Shown here: one piece after another, positions 10,799 through 22,279 of the stretch
Numbering within the stretch: the first letter of the stretch is position 1
Layout: the number at the start of each line of letters is the position of its first letter
Translations under genes and position numbers: made by a program
NCBI GenBank assembly: GCA_965247095.1
Contig: OZ251997.1
Span: forward strand, 3,296,001-3,360,000
From: Candidatus Multivorans sp.
Lineage (GTDB): Bacteria; Acidobacteriota; Thermoanaerobaculia; Multivoradales; Multivoraceae
Reading direction: 5' to 3'
DNA: 64,000 bases
The notes under the pieces: model-generated
Told to the model about the DNA's origin: nothing
Databases searched by the model: none
What the model saw: the letters and a program-made list of their open reading frames with translations, nothing else

Positions 10799-12751
10799 TC
10801 AGGTACCGGCCGCTTCGGTCTCGCCGAGACCGAAGTTTTCGATGAAGTCCTTCGTGTAGCTGACGCCCAGCTCTTCGCGCACGCGCCCGAGCACGGACTG
10901 CAGCATGATCAGGCTGCGTTCGGACAGGAGTTGGCTCCGCGTCGCCTCCGGGTCGAACTGGGCCGGATCGAAGGACACCCGTTCGGTGACCTCGAACAGC
11001 ACCCCGCCGAACGGCGTGTCGACCGGGCCGCCGAACTGACCCGCGGAGAGGGCGAAGACTTGCCGAGACAGGCCCGGCATTCCACCCAGGGCGCCGATGG
11101 GCTGGCGCACGCCGAAGCTGCCGCTCTCCTCCACCACTGCGTCGAACTCGTTCGCCGCGTCGTCCAGGCTCAGTCCCCCGTCCAGCCGCAGCTTCGTCTC
11201 GGTGAGTGCGGCGGTCAGCAGTTCGCCCTCCTTCTGCTGGCGCACAGCTTCGCGCACGCCGGCCTCGACCTCCGCGAACTCCGCGTCGCGGGGCGGCAGC
11301 ACTTCCAGCAGCGACAGGAGAGCCCACCCCGCCGCGATTCGAACCGGCTGCGACCAGGCGCCGGTTTCGAGGCCGAACGTTTCGGAGGAGAAGTTGAAGT
11401 TGCGGCCCACGCCGGGAACCGAATCATCCTCGCCGAACGGCTCGGTGACCTCGAAACCGAGCCCCTCGGCAGCGGCCAGCTCCCGGGCTTCGGTTTCGCC
11501 TTCGAAGGATTGGTCTCCCAGCCTCTCGGCGAGGGCGTCAATGCGGCGCCGGCCCTCCTCCTCCGCCTTGCCGGCGAGGAGCTGGACGCGGATGAGGTTG
11601 CTCACTTCCTCCAGCGTCTGCCGGCCGCCTTCGCGACGGTCGTGGACGCGGATCAGGTGATGGCCCGTGCGGGGTCCGAGCTGATTCTCGATCGGGCCGA
11701 CAAGGTCACCGCTGGCGGCAGCGAAGGCCGCTTCCTCGAAGGGCCGGGTCATGGCGCCGCGGCCGAAGTAGCCGAGGTCGCCGCCCGACGCGCTGGTCGC
11801 CTCGTCGTCCGAGTGCTCGGTGGCCAGTGCGGCGAAGTCCGCGCCGGCCTCGATGCGCCTGCGCAGATCGTTCAACAGGGCCCGCGCCTGCTCGCCGCTA
11901 CGGTTCTCCGTCTCGAGCAGGAGGATGTGGCTGGCCCGCACCTGTTCCGGTACCTCGAACTGCGCGGCGTTGTCGTCGTAGTACTGCTGGACCTCTTCGT
12001 CGGTCACTTCGAGTTCCGCGCGGACCGTGTTCGTGTTGACCAGGAGGTAGCCGACCCGCCTGCGCTCGGGCAGCCCGAAGTCGTCCCGGTTCGCCTCGAA
12101 GAAGGCGGCGGTCTCGTCGCTCGAAGGTTCTGCCGCGGCGGCGTAACGGCTGGCCGGTACCTGGATGTAGCGGATGGCTGCCCGCTCGGCGGCGTCGCGG
12201 GCACGCTGTTCAACCTCGGCGTCGGAGACGTGGGCAACCTCGCCCAGCGCCGCCTGGAGCTTGGTCACCAGCAGGGACGTGCGCAGCTCAGCCTCGAACT
12301 CATCGACCGTGTACCGGTTCGCGCGCAGGAGATTCTGGTACTGGCGCGCACCGATGAAGTTGCCGTCAGCGTCGCTCAGGTCGGGTATGGAGAGGATCTG
12401 CTCCTGCAACTCCTCGTCGCTGACGGTCAGTCCCATCCGCTCGGCCTCCCGGGTGAGAAGGCGGTCGTTGATCAGAGCTTCGAGCGCCTGCACGGGCAGT
12501 TGCAATTGATCGGCGAGATCCGCGGTGAAGGCGTCGCCGTAGATGTCCCGGTAGCGGCGTTCGGCGTTCCGGTAGCTGCGCTCGAATTCGGCGAAGGTGA
12601 TGTCTTCCCGGCCCACCTTGGCGGCAACCGTGTTGATCTGGGTGCCGTTGAGCGATTGGAAGTCGGTGAAGACCAGGAGCACGAACACCCCCGCGAGCCC
12701 GATCGCCAGCGGATAGAAGCTCTTGATGTTCTTGCGGATGACGTTGAGCAT
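10799..12751 (-). CDS. ppiD: PpiD-like membrane-anchored parvulin PPIase (SurA N-terminal domain)
   Basis: N-terminal TM segment, SurA_N helical region and parvulin motifs VRASHILL, FAALA..HSDD, GGDLG and FEEAAF. Confidence 0.85.
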   Translation of the reverse strand: MLNVIRKNIKSFYPLAIGLAGVFVLLVFTDFQSLNGTQINTVAAKVGREDITFAEFERSYRNAERRYRDIYGDAFTADLADQLQLPVQALEALINDRLLTREAERMGLTVSDEELQEQILSIPDLSDADGNFIGARQYQNLLRANRYTVDEFEAELRTSLLVTKLQAALGEVAHVSDAEVEQRARDAAERAAIRYIQVPASRYAAAAEPSSDETAAFFEANRDDFGLPERRRVGYLLVNTNTVRAELEVTDEEVQQYYDDNAAQFEVPEQVRASHILLLETENRSGEQARALLNDLRRRIEAGADFAALATEHSDDEATSASGGDLGYFGRGAMTRPFEEAAFAAASGDLVGPIENQLGPRTGHHLIRVHDRREGGRQTLEEVSNLIRVQLLAGKAEEEGRRRIDALAERLGDQSFEGETEARELAAAEGLGFEVTEPFGEDDSVPGVGRNFNFSSETFGLETGAWSQPVRIAAGWALLSLLEVLPPRDAEFAEVEAGVREAVRQQKEGELLTAALTETKLRLDGGLSLDDAANEFDAVVEESGSFGVRQPIGALGGMPGLSRQVFALSAGQFGGPVDTPFGGVLFEVTERVSFDPAQFDPEATRSQLLSERSLIMLQSVLGRVREELGVSYTKDFIENFGLGETEAAGT

Positions 12752-13131
12752 TGACGTGGCTCCCTGCAGGATGCCCCGAAGGCGCGGGCGATGGTATCAG
12801 GATCGGCACGCTTGGTGGTGGTTCGGCGGCGCGGTCGTCAAGCCCTTGCCGGGCCCTCGACGCGAGTCGGCAGTTGAGGCGAAACTCGTTCAAATGCAGG
12901 GGCTTCCCCAATGGTCGGGGCGACTCCCTGTGTTATCTTCGGGGCGTCTCGCGGGTGTCGTTTGCCCGCGTCCGACGATAGGAATCCGAACTTGCTGATG
13001 ACAAGTCCGCCCGTGACGGCGACGACCCGAGGTCTGGCAGCCGGCGTCACGGCCCGCGCGTCCTCGCCTGACGGCGGCTCGGAGTTCGGGCTCACACGAC
13101 CCCGGCAGGCCCCGACCTAGAGGTTCGGTCC

Positions 13132-14148
<1,017 letters not shown>

Positions 14149-14190
14149 AGCTAAGACCTCGCAGGTTCCTGACCGGAGAGAACATTCATC

Positions 14191-15027
14191 ATGAGCGAGC
14201 GTCGGGTTGCGGTCCTGTTCGCCGCTTTCCTGGCTGTCCTCCTTGCGCTCCTGACGCTTCAGGCGCCGCAGCGGGCAGGCGACATCGCGCTGTGGGTGGA
14301 AGGACCGATCAAGCGGTTCGTCGCCGCCGTTGCCGGGGCTGTCGACGGGTACCGGGAGAAGCGGTCGACGATGGCCGCGCTGGAGCGCGAGAACGAGGAA
14401 CTGCGGAATCGGCTGCGCGAGGTCGAGTCCGCCTACGCGGCCGCCGTGGGCGTACGCCTGGAGGCCGACCTGGTCGCAGAGCCGTTGCTCTACGAGCCGT
14501 CGCCGGATACGGATCTGCTGAGGGCGGACATCGTCTATGTGGATCACCACTCGTGGCGGCGAACGGCCATCCTGTACCTGCCTGGCGGCAGAGACCGGGA
14601 CGACTGGGCGCGGAGAGCGGTGACCACTACTGACGGTCTGTTGGGCCGGGTCATCTCAGTCAGGGGCAAGTATGCGCGGGTGCTCCTGGTCACCGACCGG
14701 GAGTCGTCCGTGGGCGCGATGATCGAGCGTACCCGCCGTCAAGGCATCGTCCGCGGCGCCGACGCCGGCGCCCTCTCGCTCATGTTCATGCCGTTGCAGG
14801 TCGACGTGCGGCTGGGCGATCGTGTGATCACAGCCGGCATCGACGGTGTGTTCCCCCGCGGCATCCCGCTCGGCACGATCACGTCGGTGGAGTCGGACGG
14901 CGATCTGTTCCACGACATCCGGGTCGTCCCGAGTGTCGATCTGGCTTCGCTCGGCCATGCCTTCGTGTGGCGCCGTGAAGCGGTTCCCGAGGCCTTCATG
15001 GACGGCGGGGATGGCATCGGCCGCTAG
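14191..15027 (+). CDS. mreC: rod shape-determining protein MreC
   Basis: TM segment, coiled coil (LERENEELR), GLLGRV and GIDGVFPRGIPLG. Lies after mreB. Confidence 0.9.
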   Translation: MSERRVAVLFAAFLAVLLALLTLQAPQRAGDIALWVEGPIKRFVAAVAGAVDGYREKRSTMAALERENEELRNRLREVESAYAAAVGVRLEADLVAEPLLYEPSPDTDLLRADIVYVDHHSWRRTAILYLPGGRDRDDWARRAVTTTDGLLGRVISVRGKYARVLLVTDRESSVGAMIERTRRQGIVRGADAGALSLMFMPLQVDVRLGDRVITAGIDGVFPRGIPLGTITSVESDGDLFHDIRVVPSVDLASLGHAFVWRREAVPEAFMDGGDGIGR

Positions 15028-15538
15028 GTTTGCCGGCGTCCTGGCAGCAGTGGCCCTGGTCGAACTGCTTCTGGGCGGGTTCTTCCCGGCAGTTGCCGAT
15101 CTCGTCGACCTCTTCGTGCTCCTGGTCGTCCTGAACAGCTTGAGGGGCAACTCGTTTCGCGGTCTCGCCGGCGGTCTGGCCGCGGGCCTGGTCCAGGACA
15201 TGTTCACCTCCTCGATGTACGGTCTGCACAGTCTGGCGTGCTGCGTCGTCGGATACGGCGGGGCGCGTGTGTCGCAGCGGATCTTCACCAGCCAGCGCGT
15301 GGTTTCAGGGCTGCTGATCGTGGTCGGGGTGCTGGTTCACCAGGTGATCGTGATCGGCCTGCTCGCGACGCTCGATATCGCCCAGTTCAATCCCGGGGTG
15401 GTCGCGGTGCTGTTGCGTAGTCTCGTGACCACAGCGATCGGCCTGGTCGCCCTCTGGGTGGCCGGCCTGGTGCGAGGGTGGATGGAGAAGCGGACGAAGC
15501 GGCGTACACTGGAACCGGGACGAGCCCGATTCGGCTGA
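15011..15538 (+). CDS. mreD: rod shape-determining protein MreD
   Basis: Very hydrophobic 175-aa ORF from ATG 15011 with AGLVQD..GL motif, between mreC and mrdA. Confidence 0.85.
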   Translation: MASAARFAGVLAAVALVELLLGGFFPAVADLVDLFVLLVVLNSLRGNSFRGLAGGLAAGLVQDMFTSSMYGLHSLACCVVGYGGARVSQRIFTSQRVVSGLLIVVGVLVHQVIVIGLLATLDIAQFNPGVVAVLLRSLVTTAIGLVALWVAGLVRGWMEKRTKRRTLEPGRARFG

Positions 15539-15585
15539 TTAGGCGTTCCCGATTGGGCTGATTAGCCATCCCGATTGGACTGATT
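15525..15585 (+). repeat. three imperfect 16-bp direct repeats, period 22-23 bp
   Basis: CCCGATTCGGCTGATT (15525), CCCGATTGGGCTGATT (15548) and CCCGATTGGACTGATT (15570). Confidence 0.8.
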
Positions 15586-15600
15586 GAAGGTGTTTGGAAG

Positions 15601-17400
15601 GTGACCCTGGAAACTCCCGGCCACGAGTACAGCGCGGACCGCGTGCTGCTCATCATGGCGACCCGCCTGAAGTGGCTCGCCGCATCGCTTGCGGTGGGGT
15701 TCTTCGTCGTTCTGAGTTCCTACTGGTACTTCCAGATCGTTCGCTCGGAGCACTACTGGCGGTTGGCCGAGAACAACCGGCTGCGGGTCTTCCGCCTGGA
15801 GGCGCCGCGGGGCCTGATCTACGACCGTTCCGGTCGGCTCCTGGTCGAGAATGCGCCCACTTTCAGTCTCCTGATCGACCGCAGCCTGAGCGCCGATCTG
15901 AATGGCAGTGTGGCGTTTGCGGCGAGCATCCTGGAACGCGACCAGGAAGAACTGAGCTCTTCGCTCAAGCGCTACCGGGGCGTGGCCCGGGATGTCCCGG
16001 TGCTCCTTGCCGAGGACTTGCAGTTGAACCAGGTCGCCCGGTTCGAGGTCGCGATTCCGGAGCACCCGGAGTTCGACATCGCCGCCACGCGTCGACGCCT
16101 CTACCGCTACGGCGACCAGACCGCGCATCTTCTGGGATACCTCAGCGAGCCAACGGCAGTTGACCAGGAACGGGACCGGACACTCGTCGCCGCCGACATG
16201 ATCGGTCGCAGCGGCGTCGAGCTATTGCGCGATCGGACGTTGCGCGGGAGGGCAGGCGAGCGCACCGTGGTCGTCGACAGCCGGGGTCGCCTCATGCCGG
16301 GCGAGGATGTCGATCGGACCGACGCGCAGCCGGGCGGTTCCGTCACCCTCACCATCGACCTCGGGTTGCAGCAGGAAGCGCAGAAGCTGCTCGAGGGCAA
16401 GGTAGGCGCCATCGTGGCTCTCGACCCCAGGGACGGTGCGGTTCGGGCCATGGTCTCCTCGCCGTCCTTCGATCCGAATGGCTTTGCCGGCCGGCTCAAC
16501 CAGGAAGACTGGGAGCAGATCGTTGGGGCGCCGCACAAACCCCTTCAGAACCGGGCCATCCACAACGCCTACCCGCCGGGTTCGGTGTTCAAGATCGCGA
16601 TGGCGGTGGCAGCGCTGTCGGATGGATTGATCGATCCGGAAGAACAGATCTACTGCGGTGGCTCTGTTCGGTTGTACAACCGCCGCTGGCGTTGCTGGCA
16701 GTCGAGAGGTCATGGCCGTCTCAACCTCCGGGGCGCCCTCCAGCACTCCTGCGACATCTACTTCTACCGGCAGGGCAGGAAGATGGGGATCGAGACGATT
16801 GCCCGCTACGCTCGTGCACTGGGACTCGGTGTGCGGACCGGTATCGAGTTTCCCGGCGAGCGCGAGGGACTGGTGCCTGATCCGGAGTGGAGTCTGACCA
16901 GCCGGGGGCTGCCCTGGTACCCGGGTGAGACGATCTCGGTTGCGATCGGTCAGGGACCGGTGCTGACTTCGCCGCTTCAGGTTGCCGTGATGACCGCGGC
17001 GGTGGCCAACGGGGGATCGCGGGTGTGGCCCTACGTGCTGGAGGGTGGGGCGCAGCCGCTGGCGCCGATCGAAGTGGATGCCGAGGTGATCGCCTTTGTC
17101 AGGGAGGCATTGGCGAACGTGGTCGCGAATGGGACCGGACGCAGAGCGAAGAGCCCGATGGTGTCGATCGCGGGTAAGACCGGCACCGCCCAGGTCATCG
17201 CTCAGGCGACGTGGACCCGATCCGAGGATCTCCCCTTCAAACACAGGGACCACGCCTGGTTCACCTCCTATGCGCCGGTCGAGGCGCCGGAGCTGGTCGT
17301 CGTCGTGTTCGTCGAGCACGGAGGACGGGGCGCCGAAGTTGCGGCGCCTCTGGCGAGGCGGATGCACGAGACGTACTTTGGTTCTCCCGTCCAGACTTGA
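15601..17400 (+). CDS. mrdA: penicillin-binding protein 2
   Basis: APRGLIYDR, SxxK (GSVFK), SCD, and KTGTAQ. Lies in the mre operon. Confidence 0.93.
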   Translation: MTLETPGHEYSADRVLLIMATRLKWLAASLAVGFFVVLSSYWYFQIVRSEHYWRLAENNRLRVFRLEAPRGLIYDRSGRLLVENAPTFSLLIDRSLSADLNGSVAFAASILERDQEELSSSLKRYRGVARDVPVLLAEDLQLNQVARFEVAIPEHPEFDIAATRRRLYRYGDQTAHLLGYLSEPTAVDQERDRTLVAADMIGRSGVELLRDRTLRGRAGERTVVVDSRGRLMPGEDVDRTDAQPGGSVTLTIDLGLQQEAQKLLEGKVGAIVALDPRDGAVRAMVSSPSFDPNGFAGRLNQEDWEQIVGAPHKPLQNRAIHNAYPPGSVFKIAMAVAALSDGLIDPEEQIYCGGSVRLYNRRWRCWQSRGHGRLNLRGALQHSCDIYFYRQGRKMGIETIARYARALGLGVRTGIEFPGEREGLVPDPEWSLTSRGLPWYPGETISVAIGQGPVLTSPLQVAVMTAAVANGGSRVWPYVLEGGAQPLAPIEVDAEVIAFVREALANVVANGTGRRAKSPMVSIAGKTGTAQVIAQATWTRSEDLPFKHRDHAWFTSYAPVEAPELVVVVFVEHGGRGAEVAAPLARRMHETYFGSPVQT

Positions 17401-18508
17401 TCCGCGGACCCTGGCGCGCCAGGTCCGTTCCATCTCATGGCAACTTCTCGGCTCAGCGCTCGCTCTGTCGGTGATCGGCCGGCTCCTGATCTCGAGCGTG
17501 ATCTCGAGCGCTTCGGCTGAACTGTCGACCAACTACGTATCGCGCCAGTCGTTGTGGATCGTCGTGGGTGTGGTGGTCCTGGTCACCGCGGCATTGGTCG
17601 ACTACGCCGTGCTGCTTCGGCACGCCTTCTGGATTTACGCGGTGGCGGTGGTGGCGGTGGCCGCGGTCACGTTCTTCGGCCACGAGGCCGGCGGCGCTCG
17701 CAGTTGGATCGGCATCGGCGGTTTCGGGGGCCAGCCGTCCGACTTCTGCAAGATCGCGACCGTTCTCTTGCTGGCCCGGCGCCTGGTCCGTTCCCAGACA
17801 CCGGTTCCCCTTCGCGGGGGGCTGTGGGCAACGGCAGCGATCGTCGCGGTTCCCGCGCTGCTGATCGCGAGGCAGCCGGACATGGGCGGTGCTCTGATGT
17901 TCGTGCCCGTGCTCGCCGCCATGCTGGCCACCACCGGTGTCAGCGTCCGGTCGGCGCTCGCCGCCGTTGCCTTGGCTGGGGCCCTGGCCGGCGGCCTCTG
18001 GGTCTTCGCGCTGCAGGATTATCAGAAGGAACGCGTCCTGAGTTACTTCCGACCCCAGGCGGATCCCCTGGGGTCGGGATACCAGGTCCGCCAGAGCAGG
18101 ATCGCAGTGGGTTCGGGCCAGGCTCTGGGCAAGGGCTACGGCGAGGGGACGCAGTCCAACCTGCGCTTCCTGCCGACCCCTCACACCGACTTCGTGTTCG
18201 CGGTGCTGGCCGAGGAGTACGGATTCGCCGGGGTCACCCTCGTCATGGCTCTGTTCCTCCTCTACCTGGGGAACGGCGTCCGCATCGCGCTGGCGGCGCG
18301 GGATCCGGCAGGTCTGTTGCTCGTGGTCGGGCTTCTGGCCTTCATCACCGGCCACGTTCTCTACAATACGGCGATGGTGGTCGGGCTGCTGCCGATCACC
18401 GGCATTCCGCTGCCCTTCCTGAGCTACGGCGGCTCCTTCATGCTCTTCTGCTACGCGGCCACCGGACTGATGATCGGCCTCGACCTGCGGCGTTTCGTCA
18501 ACGTCTGA
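17378..18508 (+). CDS. rodA: SEDS peptidoglycan glycosyltransferase RodA
   Basis: GARSWI, QPSDF, QPDMG, GYQVRQS, HTDFVF and GIPLPFLSYGGS. Start approximate (TTG 17378). Confidence 0.92.
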   Translation: MVLPSRLDPRTLARQVRSISWQLLGSALALSVIGRLLISSVISSASAELSTNYVSRQSLWIVVGVVVLVTAALVDYAVLLRHAFWIYAVAVVAVAAVTFFGHEAGGARSWIGIGGFGGQPSDFCKIATVLLLARRLVRSQTPVPLRGGLWATAAIVAVPALLIARQPDMGGALMFVPVLAAMLATTGVSVRSALAAVALAGALAGGLWVFALQDYQKERVLSYFRPQADPLGSGYQVRQSRIAVGSGQALGKGYGEGTQSNLRFLPTPHTDFVFAVLAEEYGFAGVTLVMALFLLYLGNGVRIALAARDPAGLLLVVGLLAFITGHVLYNTAMVVGLLPITGIPLPFLSYGGSFMLFCYAATGLMIGLDLRRFVNV

Positions 18509-18549
18509 TCAGCCTGCGTCCGCGCAGTCACAATAGATCGCCCACGTGT

Positions 18550-20043
18550 ATGGACAGAGAGCTTCTGGTTGAAGGCGACACGCTCCAGACGCGGGTAGCT
18601 CTAGTCGAGTCCGGCCGGTTGGTGGAACTCTTCATCGAGCGCCGCGGGCGCCGGGGCCTGGTCGGCAACCTCTACAAGGGCCGGGTGCGCCGGGTCTTGC
18701 CCGGCATGAGAGCGGCCTTCGTGGATCTCGGACTGGAGCGTGACGGCTACCTCTGGGTCGAGGACGTGGTCGACGCGGGGCCTGGAGAGCGAGGCCCTGA
18801 GCCCACCTCTGGCCGCGCGGCGGGCCGGGAGGCGTTGCCGCCGATCGACGGCATGCTGCGCCGGGGTCAGGATCTGATCGTCCAGGTCACCAAGGACGGG
18901 CTCGGGGGCAAGGGAGCGCGCATCACCAGCCAGATCACGCTTCCCGGCCGCTACCTGGTGTTGACGCCGACCGGCGACCGTGTGGGTATCTCGAGGCGCA
19001 TCGAGGACGCGGACGAACGGGATCGCCTGAGGCGAGCGGTCCTGGCTGGTTGCGACGACTCCGCCGTTGCGCCTGGTTGCATCGTACGTACCGCGGCTGA
19101 CGGCGTGGCGGAAGAGCACATCCACACGGAGTACGAGGAGCTTGCGGCGACCTGGCGGCGGATCGAGGAGCGGACGGAGGCCGCGGCTGCGCCGGCTTTG
19201 CTCCACCGCGAGGACGAGCTGGATGTGCGGGTGATCCGGGACCTTTTCTCCGCCGATTTCGGTTCGCTGCTGGTCGACGGAGTTGACGCCTACCGACGGA
19301 TCGCGGAATACCTCGGGCGGGTGCAGCCGGAGCTCCTCGAACGGGTCGAGCGGGCCCGGAGAGGGCTGTTCCAGCGCTACCGGATCGACGACGCGATCGA
19401 AGCTGCGCTACGTAACCGCGTGCCGCTGCCGTCGGGCGGGTATCTGGTGATCAACCAGACCGAGGCCCTGGTCGCGATCGACGTCAATACCGGCCGCGAC
19501 GTCGGCGCCGCGGACTTCGAAGAAACGATTCTCCGGACCAACCTGGAGGCGAGCGCGGAGGCGGCCCGCCAGATCCGGCTACGCGATCTGTCCGGCATCC
19601 TGGTCATCGATCTGATCGACATGGAGCGCGAGGACCACCGCGAGCAGGTGTTCGCCCGCCTGGAGGCGGAGCTCCAGAAGGACCGCGCCAGACACAAAGT
19701 GCTCGACATCTCGGAATTCGGCCTGGTCCAACTGACCCGCCGGCGCAGCCACGCGAACCTGGAGAAGCTGCTCACCCGGGACTGCCCCTACTGTCAGGGG
19801 GCGGGCCGCATCAAGTCGGTTGCGACGATCTGTCTGGAGCTGCGACGAGCCTGTCTGGCCCGGGCCGCGAGCGGCGCCCGTCAGTTGGCGGTGCGGGTCC
19901 ACCCTGAGGTCCTGGACGGCCTGCGCGGCGCCGAATCGGCAGTGCTGGACGGCCTGCAGGGGGCGTTCGAAGCACCGGTCCTGGTTCAGGCGGACACGGA
20001 GTTGCATCGCGAGCACTTCGTCGTCGCAGGGGAGAGGGTCTGA
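18550..20043 (+). CDS. rng: Rne/Rng family ribonuclease (RNase G-like)
   Basis: GNLYKGRV, AAFVD, IDVNTG, GILVIDLIDM and CPYC..G. ATG at 18550. Confidence 0.92.
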   Translation: MDRELLVEGDTLQTRVALVESGRLVELFIERRGRRGLVGNLYKGRVRRVLPGMRAAFVDLGLERDGYLWVEDVVDAGPGERGPEPTSGRAAGREALPPIDGMLRRGQDLIVQVTKDGLGGKGARITSQITLPGRYLVLTPTGDRVGISRRIEDADERDRLRRAVLAGCDDSAVAPGCIVRTAADGVAEEHIHTEYEELAATWRRIEERTEAAAAPALLHREDELDVRVIRDLFSADFGSLLVDGVDAYRRIAEYLGRVQPELLERVERARRGLFQRYRIDDAIEAALRNRVPLPSGGYLVINQTEALVAIDVNTGRDVGAADFEETILRTNLEASAEAARQIRLRDLSGILVIDLIDMEREDHREQVFARLEAELQKDRARHKVLDISEFGLVQLTRRRSHANLEKLLTRDCPYCQGAGRIKSVATICLELRRACLARAASGARQLAVRVHPEVLDGLRGAESAVLDGLQGAFEAPVLVQADTELHREHFVVAGERV

Positions 20044-20099
20044 CACCTGCGGCGGACGGGCCGGAGCGCCGGTTCGAGTTCGACGGCCTGGCCGGCGCC

Positions 20100-22265
20100 G
20101 TGGATCCGGAGGCAGCCCTTGGCGACCTGGACGCCGACTTCGAGGCGGCGCTTCGCCGCGTCCTCGATCCGGCGAACGCCGGCCGCAGCCTGCACTGGGG
20201 CCGGAGCTACCTGTACGAGACAGCGTGGCGGCGTGGCCGGGACAAAGGCGAGGTCGCCGTGGTCGTCAAGCAGTTCCGCCACGACGATCTGCGGGCCAGG
20301 CTTCGCCGTCGCCGGCGGGGCACTCGGGCGCGCCTGAGCTTCGATACCGCGCGCAGGCTGCGGCGGTTGGGTATCTCGACGCCGGAACCGGTGCTCTATG
20401 CCGAGTCGAAGACCGTGGAGGGCCCCGCCTGGTTCGTGTGCCGGCGGGTGCCGGAGGCCCTGGAACTGCGCTACGTGCTCAGGGCTCTGAATGCCGGCGA
20501 GGCCGCGGCGCGCTTCCCCGGGATCGACGGAGCGGTGCTGCTGCAGCGGGTCGGCGCCCTGGCCGCGGAGCTGCACCGCCACGGCATCTGGTTCCGGGAC
20601 CTGACCTCCGGCAACGTGCTGCTCTCGGAACCGACCACGGATGCCGAGTTGTACCTGGTGGACCTGAACCGCGCCCGCTTTCGGCGCCGGCTGTCAGTGA
20701 GTCAGCGCCTGCGGGACCTCTGCCGGATGCCGGTGTTGCGGCCGGCCGACCGGGCGGGGTACCTGCGCGGCTACCGCCCCGGTGGGCTGCCCTGGTTGGA
20801 GCGGCTCTGGTTCGAGGTCTACCACCACGGTTTCCGTCTCAAGATCCGGTCGAAGGAAGGCGCCCGCCGGGGACTGCGCCGCTTTGCCGATCTGCTGCTG
20901 CCGCGGCGCCGCGCTCATCCCCACATTACGGCGGCGGACCGCGGAGCGAAGGCCCAGGAGCGGGCGGTCTGGGATCCGCTCACCGACCAGCCGCACCAGC
21001 AGGCGACGCGCAGCCAGCGGCTGGGGGTCCGTCTGCGCGACGCCGCCCACCATGCCCGTCCGCTGCTTCGGTCCGCCGGTCCGCTGTTCGCATCGATCGT
21101 CGAGGGGAAGCGCCTGCGCCGCCGCATCGAGAGGGCTTCGGAGTCGATCCCCTTCGATGGCCTCGGCGTGGCGGTCGGTCCGGGCTCGGCGCCGGTCGGC
21201 GCCCTGGTCGAGGCGATCGACGATCTCGGGGTCGAAGGCGTGTTGCTGCGCTTCCATCTCTGGCAGGGCGTGGACGCTGACCTGCTGCAACTGGCGGAGA
21301 TCCTCAACGGGGCGGAAAGGAGGCCGGTCGACCTCGTGTTCCAGCTCAGCCAGGACCGGTCGTTGGTGCGGGACAGCGGACTCTGGCGACGGCGCGTGGA
21401 GGAGGCCGTCGCCGCGCTCTCGCCCTTCGGTCACAGGTTCCTCATCGGACAGGCGCCCAACCGCAGCAAGTGGGGCGTGTGGCGCCCGGACGAGTACTGG
21501 AGTCTCCTGGCTGCCGGCGTCGAAGCCGTGCGGGCCGGGAATCGGGATGCGTGCGTGCTCGCTCCGGCGGTCATCGACTTCGAGCCGCACGCGACGGCCG
21601 TACTGATCCACTCCGGGTTGCCGGAGCACCGCTTCGACATCCTGGCGAGTCAGCTCTACGTCGACCGGCGGGGGGCGCCCGAGAACCGTCAACTCGGCTT
21701 CGACCTCGCCGGCAAGCTGGCCGTGTTGCGGGCCGTTGCCCGCAGAGCTCCGGACTGCGCGTCGGATCGAAGCTGGGTCACCGAGTTCAACTGGCCGCTC
21801 AAGGAGGGGCCTCACGCCCCCGCCGGACGCGATGTCGCCGTGGACGAGGACACCCAGGCCAGCTACCTGGTCCGCTATTGCCTCGAGGCTCTGGGAACCG
21901 GCCTTGCCGAGCGCGTCTTCTGGTGGCAGTTGGCGGCGGCCGGCTACGGGCTGATCGATCCCCGGGCCGGCGCCTTGAGGCGGCGGCCGGCCTATCGTGC
22001 CCTGCGTCAGCTCCAGCGCGAGTTGGCCGGCGCCCGGGTCGAACGTCTGCTGCTGCCGCCGGGAGTGCGCGGCTACCGGGCGCTCCGTCACGGTCGGGAG
22101 GTCCAGGTGCTGTGGGCGGTGGATCGCCGCGGCCGGGCCTACCGTCCCGCCGTCGGCGTCCGCGCCGCGCGCGACCGCGACGGGGTTGAACTGGCTTCCG
22201 GCCCGGTGCGGTTCGGCCCGGCGCCGGTGTACTTCGAGATCGCCAAGGACGGCGCCGCGACGTGA
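20100..22265 (+). CDS. Kdo/WaaP/InaA-like kinase fused to a clan GH-A-like TIM-barrel domain
   Basis: Kinase motifs VVKQF, TPEP, FRDLTSGNVL and LVDLNR. C-terminal part has IGQAPNRSKWG, LYVDRRGAPE, WVTEFNW, ERVFWWQL and RPAY. Confidence 0.7.
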   Translation: MDPEAALGDLDADFEAALRRVLDPANAGRSLHWGRSYLYETAWRRGRDKGEVAVVVKQFRHDDLRARLRRRRRGTRARLSFDTARRLRRLGISTPEPVLYAESKTVEGPAWFVCRRVPEALELRYVLRALNAGEAAARFPGIDGAVLLQRVGALAAELHRHGIWFRDLTSGNVLLSEPTTDAELYLVDLNRARFRRRLSVSQRLRDLCRMPVLRPADRAGYLRGYRPGGLPWLERLWFEVYHHGFRLKIRSKEGARRGLRRFADLLLPRRRAHPHITAADRGAKAQERAVWDPLTDQPHQQATRSQRLGVRLRDAAHHARPLLRSAGPLFASIVEGKRLRRRIERASESIPFDGLGVAVGPGSAPVGALVEAIDDLGVEGVLLRFHLWQGVDADLLQLAEILNGAERRPVDLVFQLSQDRSLVRDSGLWRRRVEEAVAALSPFGHRFLIGQAPNRSKWGVWRPDEYWSLLAAGVEAVRAGNRDACVLAPAVIDFEPHATAVLIHSGLPEHRFDILASQLYVDRRGAPENRQLGFDLAGKLAVLRAVARRAPDCASDRSWVTEFNWPLKEGPHAPAGRDVAVDEDTQASYLVRYCLEALGTGLAERVFWWQLAAAGYGLIDPRAGALRRRPAYRALRQLQRELAGARVERLLLPPGVRGYRALRHGREVQVLWAVDRRGRAYRPAVGVRAARDRDGVELASGPVRFGPAPVYFEIAKDGAAT

Positions 22266-22279
22266 GATGATCGCTGGCG

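Noticed and set aside
12995-13030. Hammerhead ribozyme (CTGATGA core)
   Set aside because: There is no GAAA core after the putative stem II.
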